Assembly (NCBI GenBank): GCA_028287865.1
Contig: JAQBOU010000235.1
Span: 1 to 55,917 of the forward strand
From: Mucilaginibacter sp.
GTDB taxonomy: Bacteria > Bacteroidota > Bacteroidia > Sphingobacteriales > Sphingobacteriaceae
Length of the DNA stretch: 55,917 nucleotides
Reading direction: 5' to 3'
The position numbers and the translations under genes were made by a program. Below, in pieces: positions 18,993-28,953 of this stretch (position 1 is its first letter; every line of letters begins with the position of its first letter). Below the pieces are notes generated by a model that had not been told where the DNA came from, did no database searches, and saw only the letters and a list, made by a program, of their open reading frames with translations.

Positions 18993-21572
18993 TTAACCTT
19001 TAGGATTTAATGCTTCATTAATCCGGTCTGATAAGTCTTGCAAATGGTAGGTACTCATAGAGTCAGTTATATTAGGCATAGCCGTTTTGATCATATTATT
19101 GATCATTCTTAGCTGCCCTTTGGCAACAGATGTCACGTCTGTTTCTTCCAGTTCCCGTTGCTGCGTTGGGCGCCCACCGGTTCTGGCCGGAATCGCTGCA
19201 GCCATATCTTCCGCGGGATTTTTCGGTTTGATCAGCTCTATCAACTTATTTACATATAATTTTTGCAGGTTGCGCCTGTAAACATCAATTGGCTGATTAT
19301 TTTTCACCTCCTTAAAGATGCTGCCATTCATATCATTAAAAAAGTCGGTTATTTTATAGGCTGACTGGCCATCGGCTGCTTCACCGGCTAAAAGCTTATT
19401 TAAAGTATGTGCCGAAACGAGGCGGTTTAAAATAGGCTCCTGGCTATGATAAATAACCTGTACGGGTGTTTCTCCAATCTGGTTTAGTATTTTTTCGTCG
19501 AGCATCCATGTTGGTGTGGTAAAAAGCTGGTGGTTTAAAAACTCCATTGCCTCTTTTTGTGTGGCTGCCGGCGTATATTCATAAATCATACCCTCCTGTT
19601 CAACAGTTTTTGGATTTTCGTAAATGCCGCCAATATTTTTGGCTACGTGGCCCATATAACGGTTAAATTGCGTGGTTAGCTGTGTGTACATATTTTCCAG
19701 GTCATCATACCCTTGGTTCGGTTCGCGGGTCCACTCCGGCAGCTTTACAATGTTACGTTTCAAATTCATGATGCCATAATCGCTGGCTTTCATGGCGTTA
19801 TCACCCAAATCTTCATTTTGCGAATGCGGGTCATCCGGATTGCTTTCTGTTCCAAACCATAAGCGGCGGTTTTTCAAACGTTCCACCGCAATCTTATTCA
19901 AGGAAGGCACATCTGCAGCACCCCCTTTTTCACCAGGTAATATTTTATATCCCCATTCAATCGCCCATATATCATAATCGCCGATGCGCGGGTAAAGGCC
20001 TTTCGAACCTATTTTATCTTCGGGCTGCGCCACATAATTAAACCGGGCGTAATCCATAATAGACGGCGTATGGCCATTGGCTTCTACAAACGCCTTGTCC
20101 CTTAATTTTTCCACAGGCACCGTAGAACTGGAGCCATAATTATGGCGTAATCCCAGGGTATGGCCAACTTCGTGCGACGACACAAAGCGGATGAGGTCGC
20201 CCATCAGTTTGTCATCAAATTCCATTTTACGTGCACGCGGGTCAACCGCGGCGGTTTGTATCATATACCAATCGTGTACCAGCTTCATTACGTTGTGGTA
20301 CCAGTTTATATGGGTTTCCAGGATCTCGCCGCTGCGTGGATCTGACACATGCGGGCCGCTGGCATTTTCTGTTTCAGATGGTTTGTAAACAATTACAGAA
20401 TGTGTGGCATCATCAAGGCTCCAGGTAGAATCTTCTTTTGTAGTGGGAGCCACTTTTGCAATAATCGCATGTTTAAATCCGGCTGCTTCAAAAGCTTTTT
20501 GCCAGTCTTCAACACCGGCTATAAGGTACGGCACCCATTTTTTGGGAGTTGCCGGATCAATGTAATATACAATGGGGTTCCTGGGCTCAACCAGTTCACC
20601 ACGCATATATTTGGCCATATCACCGGGTTTTGGCTCCAAACGCCAGCGGGCAATTAATTGGATGTTTTTCACACCCTGCGGATTTTCGTCGAAATCAGTA
20701 TAACCCACGGTAAAATAACCGATTCGAGGGTCAAAATAACGCGACTTCATTGGCACTTTTGGCAAAATTACCAGCGAAGTATTAAGCTCGACCGTAACTG
20801 AACCTGTGCTGCTGCCGCCACCAGCTACTGGTGAAGGTGTTGGAGCACCACCCCTGCCGCCCGGAGCCGTTGGCGCAGTTTGTGCATACGTTTTTACCGT
20901 GCTGATCTCTACATTGTTTTTAAAGGTCCTGATATTATCGATGTAGCTTCTGTCGGCGGCTATGGCTCCCATTCTCCAGCGTTGCTTAGCCTGCGGGGAA
21001 CCGAAAAAGAAAATTTCGTTGTCGCTGTTAATATAGTCGGTAACATCAATTACACTGCCATCCTTATCAGGCGAATAAGCCGCGATATTAAATGCCGCAG
21101 CAATGGCCTGGATATTTGAGCGCTGTACCGCCTGGTACATAGCCTTTGTGCTATCAGGGCTATAAGCGCTATAAGAAATTTTCCTTAAAAAGATCCTGCT
21201 GTTTGGTCCCTTTTCAAAACGTATCACGGTACTGCCAATCTGGTCGCCTGCATAGCCGTCAGCAGCGCGGACCTCGGCCCCTGCTTTGGCGATACGTGCT
21301 ACCACTAATATTTCTCGATTTAATATACTATCGGGAATCTCAAAATAATATTTATCCTCAACCTTATGCACTTTAAATAAACCGCTACGGCTAATTGACT
21401 TATCTGTAATAACTGATTTATAGGGCTTTGGCGGCTGCGGACGCTGTGCAGTATTACCGGCAAAGTTTCCTGGAATGGCATTTTTTCGGGTTGAGTCGCC
21501 ACCTTGCCTTCCCTGTGCAAATACGGAGGCTACGAATAAAAATAATAAAATTGAAAGTATAGATTTTTTCAT
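18993..21572 (-). CDS. Zinc-dependent metalloprotease (DUF5118/DUF5117/DUF4953 met-zincin type)
   Basis: HEVGHTLGLRHN zinc motif, Met-turn SIMDY, SDPRSGEIL, signal peptide. Confidence 0.9.
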   Translation of the reverse strand: MKKSILSILLFLFVASVFAQGRQGGDSTRKNAIPGNFAGNTAQRPQPPKPYKSVITDKSISRSGLFKVHKVEDKYYFEIPDSILNREILVVARIAKAGAEVRAADGYAGDQIGSTVIRFEKGPNSRIFLRKISYSAYSPDSTKAMYQAVQRSNIQAIAAAFNIAAYSPDKDGSVIDVTDYINSDNEIFFFGSPQAKQRWRMGAIAADRSYIDNIRTFKNNVEISTVKTYAQTAPTAPGGRGGAPTPSPVAGGGSSTGSVTVELNTSLVILPKVPMKSRYFDPRIGYFTVGYTDFDENPQGVKNIQLIARWRLEPKPGDMAKYMRGELVEPRNPIVYYIDPATPKKWVPYLIAGVEDWQKAFEAAGFKHAIIAKVAPTTKEDSTWSLDDATHSVIVYKPSETENASGPHVSDPRSGEILETHINWYHNVMKLVHDWYMIQTAAVDPRARKMEFDDKLMGDLIRFVSSHEVGHTLGLRHNYGSSSTVPVEKLRDKAFVEANGHTPSIMDYARFNYVAQPEDKIGSKGLYPRIGDYDIWAIEWGYKILPGEKGGAADVPSLNKIAVERLKNRRLWFGTESNPDDPHSQNEDLGDNAMKASDYGIMNLKRNIVKLPEWTREPNQGYDDLENMYTQLTTQFNRYMGHVAKNIGGIYENPKTVEQEGMIYEYTPAATQKEAMEFLNHQLFTTPTWMLDEKILNQIGETPVQVIYHSQEPILNRLVSAHTLNKLLAGEAADGQSAYKITDFFNDMNGSIFKEVKNNQPIDVYRRNLQKLYVNKLIELIKPKNPAEDMAAAIPARTGGRPTQQRELEETDVTSVAKGQLRMINNMIKTAMPNITDSMSTYHLQDLSDRINEALNPKG

Positions 21573-21674
21573 ATCTGTTAAGAATAGTTAAGAAATAAAA
21601 ATAAGGATACAACATAAGCTTTATTCCATGTAGCTAATATGTTACAAATCAGTGTTATAGGTTATTAATATAAG

Positions 21675-23453
21675 TTATAACAGCTTATTATTTTTTTTCT
21701 TTTTCTTAATTTTAATACGATGTTTTGGAGCGTGTTGGATACCCCTGTTCTCTTTAAAGCGACTATGCCGGGCTGACCTGTATCCATGGTGATGGTGTTT
21801 AAACCTAACCAGAGATTTTATAATGCCAGGAGCAAAATCTATTGCTTCGGGATGCAATAACCGGCTATAAGGATTATAATAATAAATTCCATCTTTATCA
21901 TAAAGCGGAAGATCTGATCTTAACCGCTCGTTAAAGGAGCGCTCATCCTTTGCTGCTGAATCTGTCCAGGCGGCTTCTGATAATGCAGCCAACCGCGGAA
22001 AGATCATATAGTCCAGCCGTTTTTCTGATCCTACGGTTTCTGTCCACAGGTTTGCCTGTATGCCGATGATCAGGTTTGATTGTAACTGGTCTGCCGGCAT
22101 TTGCTTATCCGGGAAATTATAAACATCGCTTACGCTATTAAAATAGGTATTACTCCATTTGCGTCCCGATACATTATCTTTATCCTGCACAAAATCAAAA
22201 TAAAGCGGGAGCCGCGGACAAAGCACTACCTGGTAATTTTTTTGAAGTGCCAGCTTTAATGACGATGGAAAATTTTGCCGCCACCAGAATATGATCGTCT
22301 TATCGGCAGGCAGATCGGTTTCGACAGCTTCATCCCAGCAAAGGAGTTTGCTGTTTAATCTGAGTACAGTATCTGCCATGCGGCGAAAAAAGTAATGCTC
22401 GAGGTCGGAAAGTGAAGTGAACTTATTTTTCGCCATCATTTCCGTAATAGCGGGCCTTCCGGCCCATGCCTGGATCCCAAAAGCCACTTCGTCCCCACCC
22501 AGGTGCATCATTTGTGACGGAAAAAGGGCATTCGTTTCTTTTAATATATCTGCTAAGAACTGGTAAGTTTTTTCGTTTGCCGGATCGAAAGTAAAATTTG
22601 GATATTTGGTAACGCTACCACCGCTATATTCAGGGTAAGCCCTGTTGGCTGCGGTAGCATGGCCGGGCATATCAATTTCGGGAATAATGGTTACAAACCG
22701 CTGTTGCGCGTAGGCAACAATCTCTTTAATATCCTCATGGGTGTAAAATTTTGCTTCGGCAAGCGAGTCTGTATGATTGCCTATGCTGCCGATCTGCGTT
22801 AACTTTGGATATTTTTTTATTTCGATACGCCAGGCATCAACATCGGTTAAGTGCCAGTGCAGCCTGTTAAGCTTGTAATAAGCCATCCAGTTTAGCAGCT
22901 GCTTAACTTTTTGTTTGCCAAAAAAATGCCGGGATTCATCCAGCATAAATCCCCGCCATTGGTAGCGGGGCGCATCTGTTATTTCGCAGGTGGGCAGGTT
23001 TAATGAATGATCGGGCAGTTTCTTTATCATTTGCAAAAGCGATATGATCCCGTAAAAAACACCCTCCCTGCCTGATGAAATAATGGTGATCTTATTAGGT
23101 TCGATCTTTAAACTATACGCACCCGAAACCTTGTCGTCCTTAACCAATTGAAGATCAATTAGCGCTTTCACTTCATTTGGATCTACTGCAATTAACAGCC
23201 CGTTTGTCTTTTGCAGTTCTGTTTGGAGGTAATTAGCCAAGGGTAGCAGCGAATCACTATTCATCCCGACGATTGTATTGCCATTTATCTGAAAGGTGCC
23301 GTCAGTTTTTGCAAATGATTTTGGAAGGGGAATAATTGTGGTGGTTTGAGCGGCCAGTGCCAGCGGGAAAGCAATAGCCACGAATAAAACGAATTTAAGC
23401 GAATTACAAAATAAAACTTTAATAATATGAATCCTGATCTGTAAAAAAGCCAT
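21675..23453 (-). CDS. GH20 beta-N-acetylhexosaminidase with basic C-terminal tail
   Basis: RGFMLDESRHF, HWHLTD, PEIDMPGH, catalytic HLGGDE, QANLWTE; start uncertain (ATG 23453 or TTG 23465). Confidence 0.9.
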   Translation of the reverse strand: MAFLQIRIHIIKVLFCNSLKFVLFVAIAFPLALAAQTTTIIPLPKSFAKTDGTFQINGNTIVGMNSDSLLPLANYLQTELQKTNGLLIAVDPNEVKALIDLQLVKDDKVSGAYSLKIEPNKITIISSGREGVFYGIISLLQMIKKLPDHSLNLPTCEITDAPRYQWRGFMLDESRHFFGKQKVKQLLNWMAYYKLNRLHWHLTDVDAWRIEIKKYPKLTQIGSIGNHTDSLAEAKFYTHEDIKEIVAYAQQRFVTIIPEIDMPGHATAANRAYPEYSGGSVTKYPNFTFDPANEKTYQFLADILKETNALFPSQMMHLGGDEVAFGIQAWAGRPAITEMMAKNKFTSLSDLEHYFFRRMADTVLRLNSKLLCWDEAVETDLPADKTIIFWWRQNFPSSLKLALQKNYQVVLCPRLPLYFDFVQDKDNVSGRKWSNTYFNSVSDVYNFPDKQMPADQLQSNLIIGIQANLWTETVGSEKRLDYMIFPRLAALSEAAWTDSAAKDERSFNERLRSDLPLYDKDGIYYYNPYSRLLHPEAIDFAPGIIKSLVRFKHHHHGYRSARHSRFKENRGIQHAPKHRIKIKKKKKNNKLL

Positions 23454-23504
23454 TAATAATCCCAACCGTTTTTCCCGTGTAAATTTGTGTTAATTCGTGC
23501 CACT

Positions 23505-25130
23505 TTATTTTCCAAATGGCGGTAACCCTATCAGTTGCCTGTATACGGGCAAATCCATCCTGGGTTGGGCAGGAAGATGGAAATTTTTGCAATAATAAAC
23601 CTGTAAGGTATATTCAACACCATTACGAATAATAGGAATATCCGACAGTTGTATCACACTGTCAAAAAATGGCTTTGCATCTGCATTAACATATAGCTGA
23701 TGCTTATCTCCAATGATGATCGCGTCCTTACCTATCAATTTTTTTGGATCGACTAAAAAAGCAAGATTCCGCGGATCGGCATTAAACACTATAATGTCTT
23801 TTTTGCCCTTTAGTGCCCAGTCTAATTTGCCGGTAAGCCACCACCTGGTACTTCCCGTAAAAATATTGGGGTTTTGCAGCCAGCCTTCTTTTTGAAAACG
23901 GGTTTGTATATCGGTATAATCAATACCCTGTATAGTTGGGTCTACGGTATCGCCATGAAAATAATGCACTACTGATTTTGGTCCATATGCAGTCCAGAAG
24001 CCAGTAACCATATGCAGCGTAAGCACTCCTATCGTAATAACGGTAAAAAAGACAGAAAAATTAAGCCATCGGCGGGTAAGCCTTTTTGCCTTTCCCCCGC
24101 TGTTCAAAGATTTATCAACGCCAAAGCCAAGAGCTATAAACAACATCATATAACCTGGCGCCTGCCAGTGAAAGTGATATTGCAGATCTGACCACAAGGT
24201 GACTACGGTAAAAAATACGATGGGCAATATGGCCATCCAGAATATAAAACTGTAAGCCAGCAATTGGGTTCGCAGTTTATATGAAATAAAAAGCTGTCTG
24301 ATGGTTGGGAACCAGATCCACGGAAGCAGATAGGCTGCTTGTCCGGCTATGCTCCTAAAAAACCAATCGAAATGCAGGTGAAATTTTTCTCCCTGTACGC
24401 CCGCCCTTGATCCCTGGAAAACAAAAGATACCCAATTGTTATTATAGTTCCACCACAATATAGGCAGCGCCATAATTATAGTGATCAGGATGGCAATATA
24501 CGGCCCCGGATGGCGCAGCCAGTGACGTTGATTTTTATTGGTGGCGATAAACATAAACACGCCTGCAAATAAAAAAAGCACATGATATTTGCTAAGTGTT
24601 GCAAGGCCCATACTTATGCCCACCGCTATCCATAGCAACCAGGTCTTGCTGGTATAGCGCGAAACTTCTGAATTTTCTGTACCGGGCGCAACCATTAGCT
24701 GAACAATAAAATAAGTAGCCACCAGCCAGAAAAACATGAGCGGGGCATCAGGCTGATACCAAACGGCAACAGCAATGGTAAATACAGCACTTAAATTCAT
24801 GACCAATACCGCCCAAAAACCGGCTTTAGCGTTAAATAGCTTTTTTGTGATCACAAATAACAGCCAGCTTGTGCCTGCAAAAAGGAGTACCGATGGAAAC
24901 CTGATACCAAAATTAGTAAGGCCGAATAGCTTAATACTCAATGCCCCTAACCAAAAAAACAAGGGCGGCTGATCAAAATAACTTAAACTAAGATGAAGTG
25001 ATCCCCTGAAATAATACGACTCACCATTACCAAGACCTGTATAAGCGGCAATAAAGCAACGCAGCACAAATGTTATTAAGATCAATATAGCTGCGTATGA
25101 TGCCGCATTCCTTTCCGTAAGTCTTTTCAT
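23505..25130 (-). CDS. GT-C fold glycosyltransferase (PMT_2 / ArnT-like)
   Basis: ESYY...LSYFDQPP, IRFPS, PDAPL, GLATLSKY; many TM helices. Confidence 0.85.
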   Translation of the reverse strand: MKRLTERNAASYAAILILITFVLRCFIAAYTGLGNGESYYFRGSLHLSLSYFDQPPLFFWLGALSIKLFGLTNFGIRFPSVLLFAGTSWLLFVITKKLFNAKAGFWAVLVMNLSAVFTIAVAVWYQPDAPLMFFWLVATYFIVQLMVAPGTENSEVSRYTSKTWLLWIAVGISMGLATLSKYHVLFLFAGVFMFIATNKNQRHWLRHPGPYIAILITIIMALPILWWNYNNNWVSFVFQGSRAGVQGEKFHLHFDWFFRSIAGQAAYLLPWIWFPTIRQLFISYKLRTQLLAYSFIFWMAILPIVFFTVVTLWSDLQYHFHWQAPGYMMLFIALGFGVDKSLNSGGKAKRLTRRWLNFSVFFTVITIGVLTLHMVTGFWTAYGPKSVVHYFHGDTVDPTIQGIDYTDIQTRFQKEGWLQNPNIFTGSTRWWLTGKLDWALKGKKDIIVFNADPRNLAFLVDPKKLIGKDAIIIGDKHQLYVNADAKPFFDSVIQLSDIPIIRNGVEYTLQVYYCKNFHLPAQPRMDLPVYRQLIGLPPFGK

Positions 25131-25215
25131 CCGATAAAATCAGCAAGGGTTTGCAAGGGGGCAAATCTCCTAAAAAAATACTAATTAATTGAACCTTTAT
25201 TTTGGGTGATGCAAG

Positions 25216-26268
25216 CTATCCCGAAATCCACTTTCCTACAAATGGCAGCTTATTGATCAACCATACAAGCAGCAGCGTTATTAGGAAGCAGATCAGCGCT
25301 GTTAAGGGAATACTGACAGCGGGTGTACAAAGCTTATAACTGATACCAAAAGGATCGTCCAGAAAATACAAAACAAGGGCATGGCCCAGGTAAATGCCAT
25401 AGTTATATTTACCCGCAAAATCCCTGATGCGGATAATAACCGGCGGTACTTTAGGCAGCGTATATTTAAAAACCATGAAAATACTTGCGGAAAGCATTAG
25501 TACAGCAGGACTTACCGGCTCGTAAAACATTGTACCCGGCAAATTAGGATAAGCAATAACCAACCGGCTGCCTACGGCAATTAGCACTATGCTGCAAACA
25601 AACAGCAGGATCATCCATAAACGCAGGTTTTTTATATTAAAATCTTTAAAGGCCAGGTAATGTCCCAACACCAGGTATCCGGCGTAACCGGCAAAATAAT
25701 GCATATCAACCGACGGATTGAAACGCATTAAATATGGCTGGGTAATCGTCATAACTGCAAACCAAACCACCAAAAAGTATAACACTTCCTGCTCCGTTGC
25801 ATTACGTACAAATTTGCCTATAACGGGTATAAAAAAATAAAGCCCGATGAGCATGTACACATACCATAAATGATAAGAACTGCCAACCTTTAACAGGTGT
25901 AGCACCAATTTTATGTTTGTCCACACATCGCTGCCAAAGGAAATTTCTTCGTTATACCATGCATACCAAATATAAACCAAACTCCAGAAAAGAAAAGGAA
26001 CCACTACCCTGCTTAAGCGCTTTTTAAGAAAACTGCCTATTTCATATTCACGATGCAGCAATAAGGCACCGGTGATCATAACAAAAACAGGAACAGCAAA
26101 ACGTACGGCCGCATTTAAAAAGTCAGCTGCCCACCAATCGGACAGCGGCACTTTGCCATATTGCATTAATAACGGGGCAGTGCAATGCAATATAATAACG
26201 GCGTATAACGCGATGATTCTTAAGTTACTTATCCAATCAATATTTTCGATTTTGGCGGGCGGCATCAT
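25216..26268 (-). CDS. Acyltransferase family 3 (AT3) membrane O-acyltransferase
   Basis: WISNLRIIA..AVIILH, RFAVPVFVMITG, YHLWYVY, YGIYLGH. Confidence 0.9.
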   Translation of the reverse strand: MMPPAKIENIDWISNLRIIALYAVIILHCTAPLLMQYGKVPLSDWWAADFLNAAVRFAVPVFVMITGALLLHREYEIGSFLKKRLSRVVVPFLFWSLVYIWYAWYNEEISFGSDVWTNIKLVLHLLKVGSSYHLWYVYMLIGLYFFIPVIGKFVRNATEQEVLYFLVVWFAVMTITQPYLMRFNPSVDMHYFAGYAGYLVLGHYLAFKDFNIKNLRLWMILLFVCSIVLIAVGSRLVIAYPNLPGTMFYEPVSPAVLMLSASIFMVFKYTLPKVPPVIIRIRDFAGKYNYGIYLGHALVLYFLDDPFGISYKLCTPAVSIPLTALICFLITLLLVWLINKLPFVGKWISG

Positions 26269-26305
26269 TAATGTTAAGATTTTTTAAAAATAACATAATT
26301 TCGTT

Positions 26306-26340
26306 GGCTCACCTAAATCCACCTCAAAGGAGAGGTCTTT
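26306..26340 (-). repeat. REP-like short palindromic element (copy 1)
   Basis: Minus strand AAAGACCTCTCCTTTGAGGTGGATTTAGGTGAGCC; similar to 31399-31437. Confidence 0.5.
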
Positions 26341-26362
26341 AAAAAGTTCTTCGAACTGCCGT

Positions 26363-26899
26363 CTAACTTTTATGCTCCCTGTAATAAGCTTCCAGCTCTT
26401 TAAGCTTTTTAATTTGCCCCGGGCGGGGATTTATAAATACTCTTACTTTTCTTATCATTTTATAGGCATCTTCATAAGTCATACCGATTTTTATCAGGTA
26501 AGCCATTGCCATAGTTGGACCGCGGCCCAAACCTTGCCGGCAATGCACATAAACGATGCCTTTATTTTTAATCTCCTCATCAATAAAATCTGCACCTTTC
26601 ATTAATATTTCCATTGGGGGTGGGGTGTTATCCACGGTGGGTAAATGCAGGTATTTTATACCTTCGTAAACTGCTTCTTCGTAGGCATCATGCATCCGCA
26701 TGTTTACTATTGCCGTTACCCCTAAAGCTTTAAGTTTTTTTAACCCAACCAAATTATACTGGCTTCCCAGGAAAAGATTTGCGGTTATCTGGCATCTCTT
26801 TAGCCGGGGCATCCCGGTAATTACACGATAAATATTATCATACAAATAGTCAAAAACAAGACCTGTTCCAACGATGGTGCTTTTTACTTTTTCAAACAT
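26363..26899 (-). CDS. Dual-specificity phosphatase, PTPMT1-like (putative lipid phosphatase)
   Basis: P-loop VYVHCRQGLGR (CX5R), general-acid loop LPTVDNT, TMAMAYLI, RPGQ. Confidence 0.85.
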   Translation of the reverse strand: MFEKVKSTIVGTGLVFDYLYDNIYRVITGMPRLKRCQITANLFLGSQYNLVGLKKLKALGVTAIVNMRMHDAYEEAVYEGIKYLHLPTVDNTPPPMEILMKGADFIDEEIKNKGIVYVHCRQGLGRGPTMAMAYLIKIGMTYEDAYKMIRKVRVFINPRPGQIKKLKELEAYYREHKS

Positions 26900-26949
26900 G
26901 ACAAAGCTGATTTTTTATCGTGCGTGTTATTAAACCAATTTAATTGCAA

Positions 26950-27831
26950 TTATGCGGAAGGTACTACAACGTTTAAAGTTCCGGGCACTATTTTAATATG
27001 GAGTTTTTTTGCTTTACTTTCCCAATCATCACAAATATATGGTTCTGCTTTCTCCAATCTAATAACTACTTCTTTGCATTTCCAGTGTTTAAGTACTTCA
27101 GAATCATTTTGAAGCAATGTGCTTCCGGCAACTTTTAAAACAGACATAATATCAGAGTCAGTCAGTAAAATAACATCCAGAAAGCCATCGGTTACGCTGA
27201 TACCCGGTAGCAGGTCAAAGCCTTTGATCCCTAAACTTCCTGAATTGGTAACGGTTAAAGCAACGCCTTTTTCATTTACCTTTTTTCCATCAATAAGCAA
27301 GTGGTAGTTTATAGGTTCAGCTTTAACCAGGCTTTGAATGGCGGTAATGCCATAGGCTATTTGTCCCAGGCTGTCTTTTAGTTTCCTGTCAGCGTCTATG
27401 ATCATCTCTGCCATTATACCAAGGTTCACCCTTAACATAAACGGATGATCGTTTAGCAAACCCATGTCCATTTTAACAATTTTCTTCCGGCCGCTTTTAA
27501 GTAATTCGAGGGCTTCTAATGTGTCTAAGGGAATACCTAATTCTTTTGCCATTACGTTGGCTGTACCGCCCGGAACAATGCCCATTGGCATATCGCTGCC
27601 GTATAGCGCTGCGGCAACTTCAGTTAAACTGCCATCACCGCCATAAACAGCGATCAGATCGGTTTTTCCTTTTAATGATTGTGTAATTTTAGTAGCATTC
27701 CCGCCCTTTTTGGTAAGCGAAATATCCCATTTAATCCCGCTTTCACCAAACACCTTATTGATATGTGATAAAATGGGTTCTTTTGAACCGGCAGCAGGGT
27801 TAAGGATAAAATGGATACTTTTAAATTTCAT
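26950..27831 (-). CDS. Diacylglycerol/sphingosine kinase-family lipid kinase (DAGK_cat, YegS/DgkB-like)
   Basis: NPAAG, GGDGS, PGGTANVMAKELGIP, SVTDGFLDV. Confidence 0.9.
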   Translation of the reverse strand: MKFKSIHFILNPAAGSKEPILSHINKVFGESGIKWDISLTKKGGNATKITQSLKGKTDLIAVYGGDGSLTEVAAALYGSDMPMGIVPGGTANVMAKELGIPLDTLEALELLKSGRKKIVKMDMGLLNDHPFMLRVNLGIMAEMIIDADRKLKDSLGQIAYGITAIQSLVKAEPINYHLLIDGKKVNEKGVALTVTNSGSLGIKGFDLLPGISVTDGFLDVILLTDSDIMSVLKVAGSTLLQNDSEVLKHWKCKEVVIRLEKAEPYICDDWESKAKKLHIKIVPGTLNVVVPSA

Positions 27832-27888
27832 TACACCGCTACTGCTAAAACCTGGCCAAATTTTAAGTTTAATTAATATACTCCTTCA

Positions 27889-28671
27889 TTATTTTAAATG
27901 TTCCTGTTGCGAAATATAATCCATGGCCTGTTGGAAGGTAGCAATCCATATCTCTTTTTTGTGCTTTTTAAGATAAGCCAGCAATTGCCGGTGTGATGCT
28001 GCAGGAGTAGAAATATAATCGCCGCCAATGCCATGAAACATAAATATGCCCATGCCGCCGCTAACTTGTACCCGTTTTACAAAGGCAATCAATTCAGCAC
28101 CCGTATTATTTCCATTTAAGCCATAAGCAGGCACCAACAGAGGATCAAGGTTTTTAAAATCAGTAATTACCGCATCTACATCACCGCCTACACGTGCATA
28201 TTTAATTAAGCCTGATTTTTTGAGCGCGATAACATAACTTTTACCGCCAACCGTTGTTTCTGTACAGGGATAAGCATAGGTCCGCGCAGTTTTTCCATCA
28301 ACGGCGTATAATAAATTATTCATCGTACCGATTTCGCGGACGATGGTATAAGGCGTGTAATTTCCTGAAGCCACCGGGTTGTCATCCGTACTTACGCAAG
28401 GGTGATAAATGGTGTGATTCGCCAGCTCGAACCCTTTTTTACTGACGGCCCGCCATTTTGGAATTGACACATAATTTAAATCGCCGCAAAGAAAGAATGT
28501 TGCCGGTAATTTTGCAGAATCCAACTGCGGTATGGCGGTATTTAGCTGTGAATTCAATCCATCATCATAGGTAAGTACAATTACTGATTTTTTGTGATGA
28601 GGCCATGTAATTTTTTGCTGCGCATGAGCAGCACAGGTAAAAAAAAGAATAAGGATAAACAGTCTTTTCAT
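27889..28671 (-). CDS. Secreted polysaccharide deacetylase (CE4/NodB-like)
   Basis: Signal peptide from ATG 28671; LTYDDG, ELANHTIYH, YAYPC, FMFHG. Confidence 0.85.
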   Translation of the reverse strand: MKRLFILILFFTCAAHAQQKITWPHHKKSVIVLTYDDGLNSQLNTAIPQLDSAKLPATFFLCGDLNYVSIPKWRAVSKKGFELANHTIYHPCVSTDDNPVASGNYTPYTIVREIGTMNNLLYAVDGKTARTYAYPCTETTVGGKSYVIALKKSGLIKYARVGGDVDAVITDFKNLDPLLVPAYGLNGNNTGAELIAFVKRVQVSGGMGIFMFHGIGGDYISTPAASHRQLLAYLKKHKKEIWIATFQQAMDYISQQEHLK

Positions 28672-28953
28672 TAGTGACAGGATGACTAGGTAAGAAGGTA
28701 ATTTTTGCTGCCTAATATAATACTCAACTTTCAATAAAGAAATCAATGTGATAAAATAAGCATTTAGCCTTTAAAAAAAGATTTTTATCACTACCTAAAT
28801 TAATTTTCGCCTGCGAAAACATATTTTCATCATACCCAAAACTAGTTTAGCCTGTAAAAACCGAGCAAATTAGCTGACTTTTGGTCTTTAGATATTGAGC
28901 CTTTGTTACTTTTAACTTAAATAGATAACTTTGGTAGTTAACCAATATAAATT

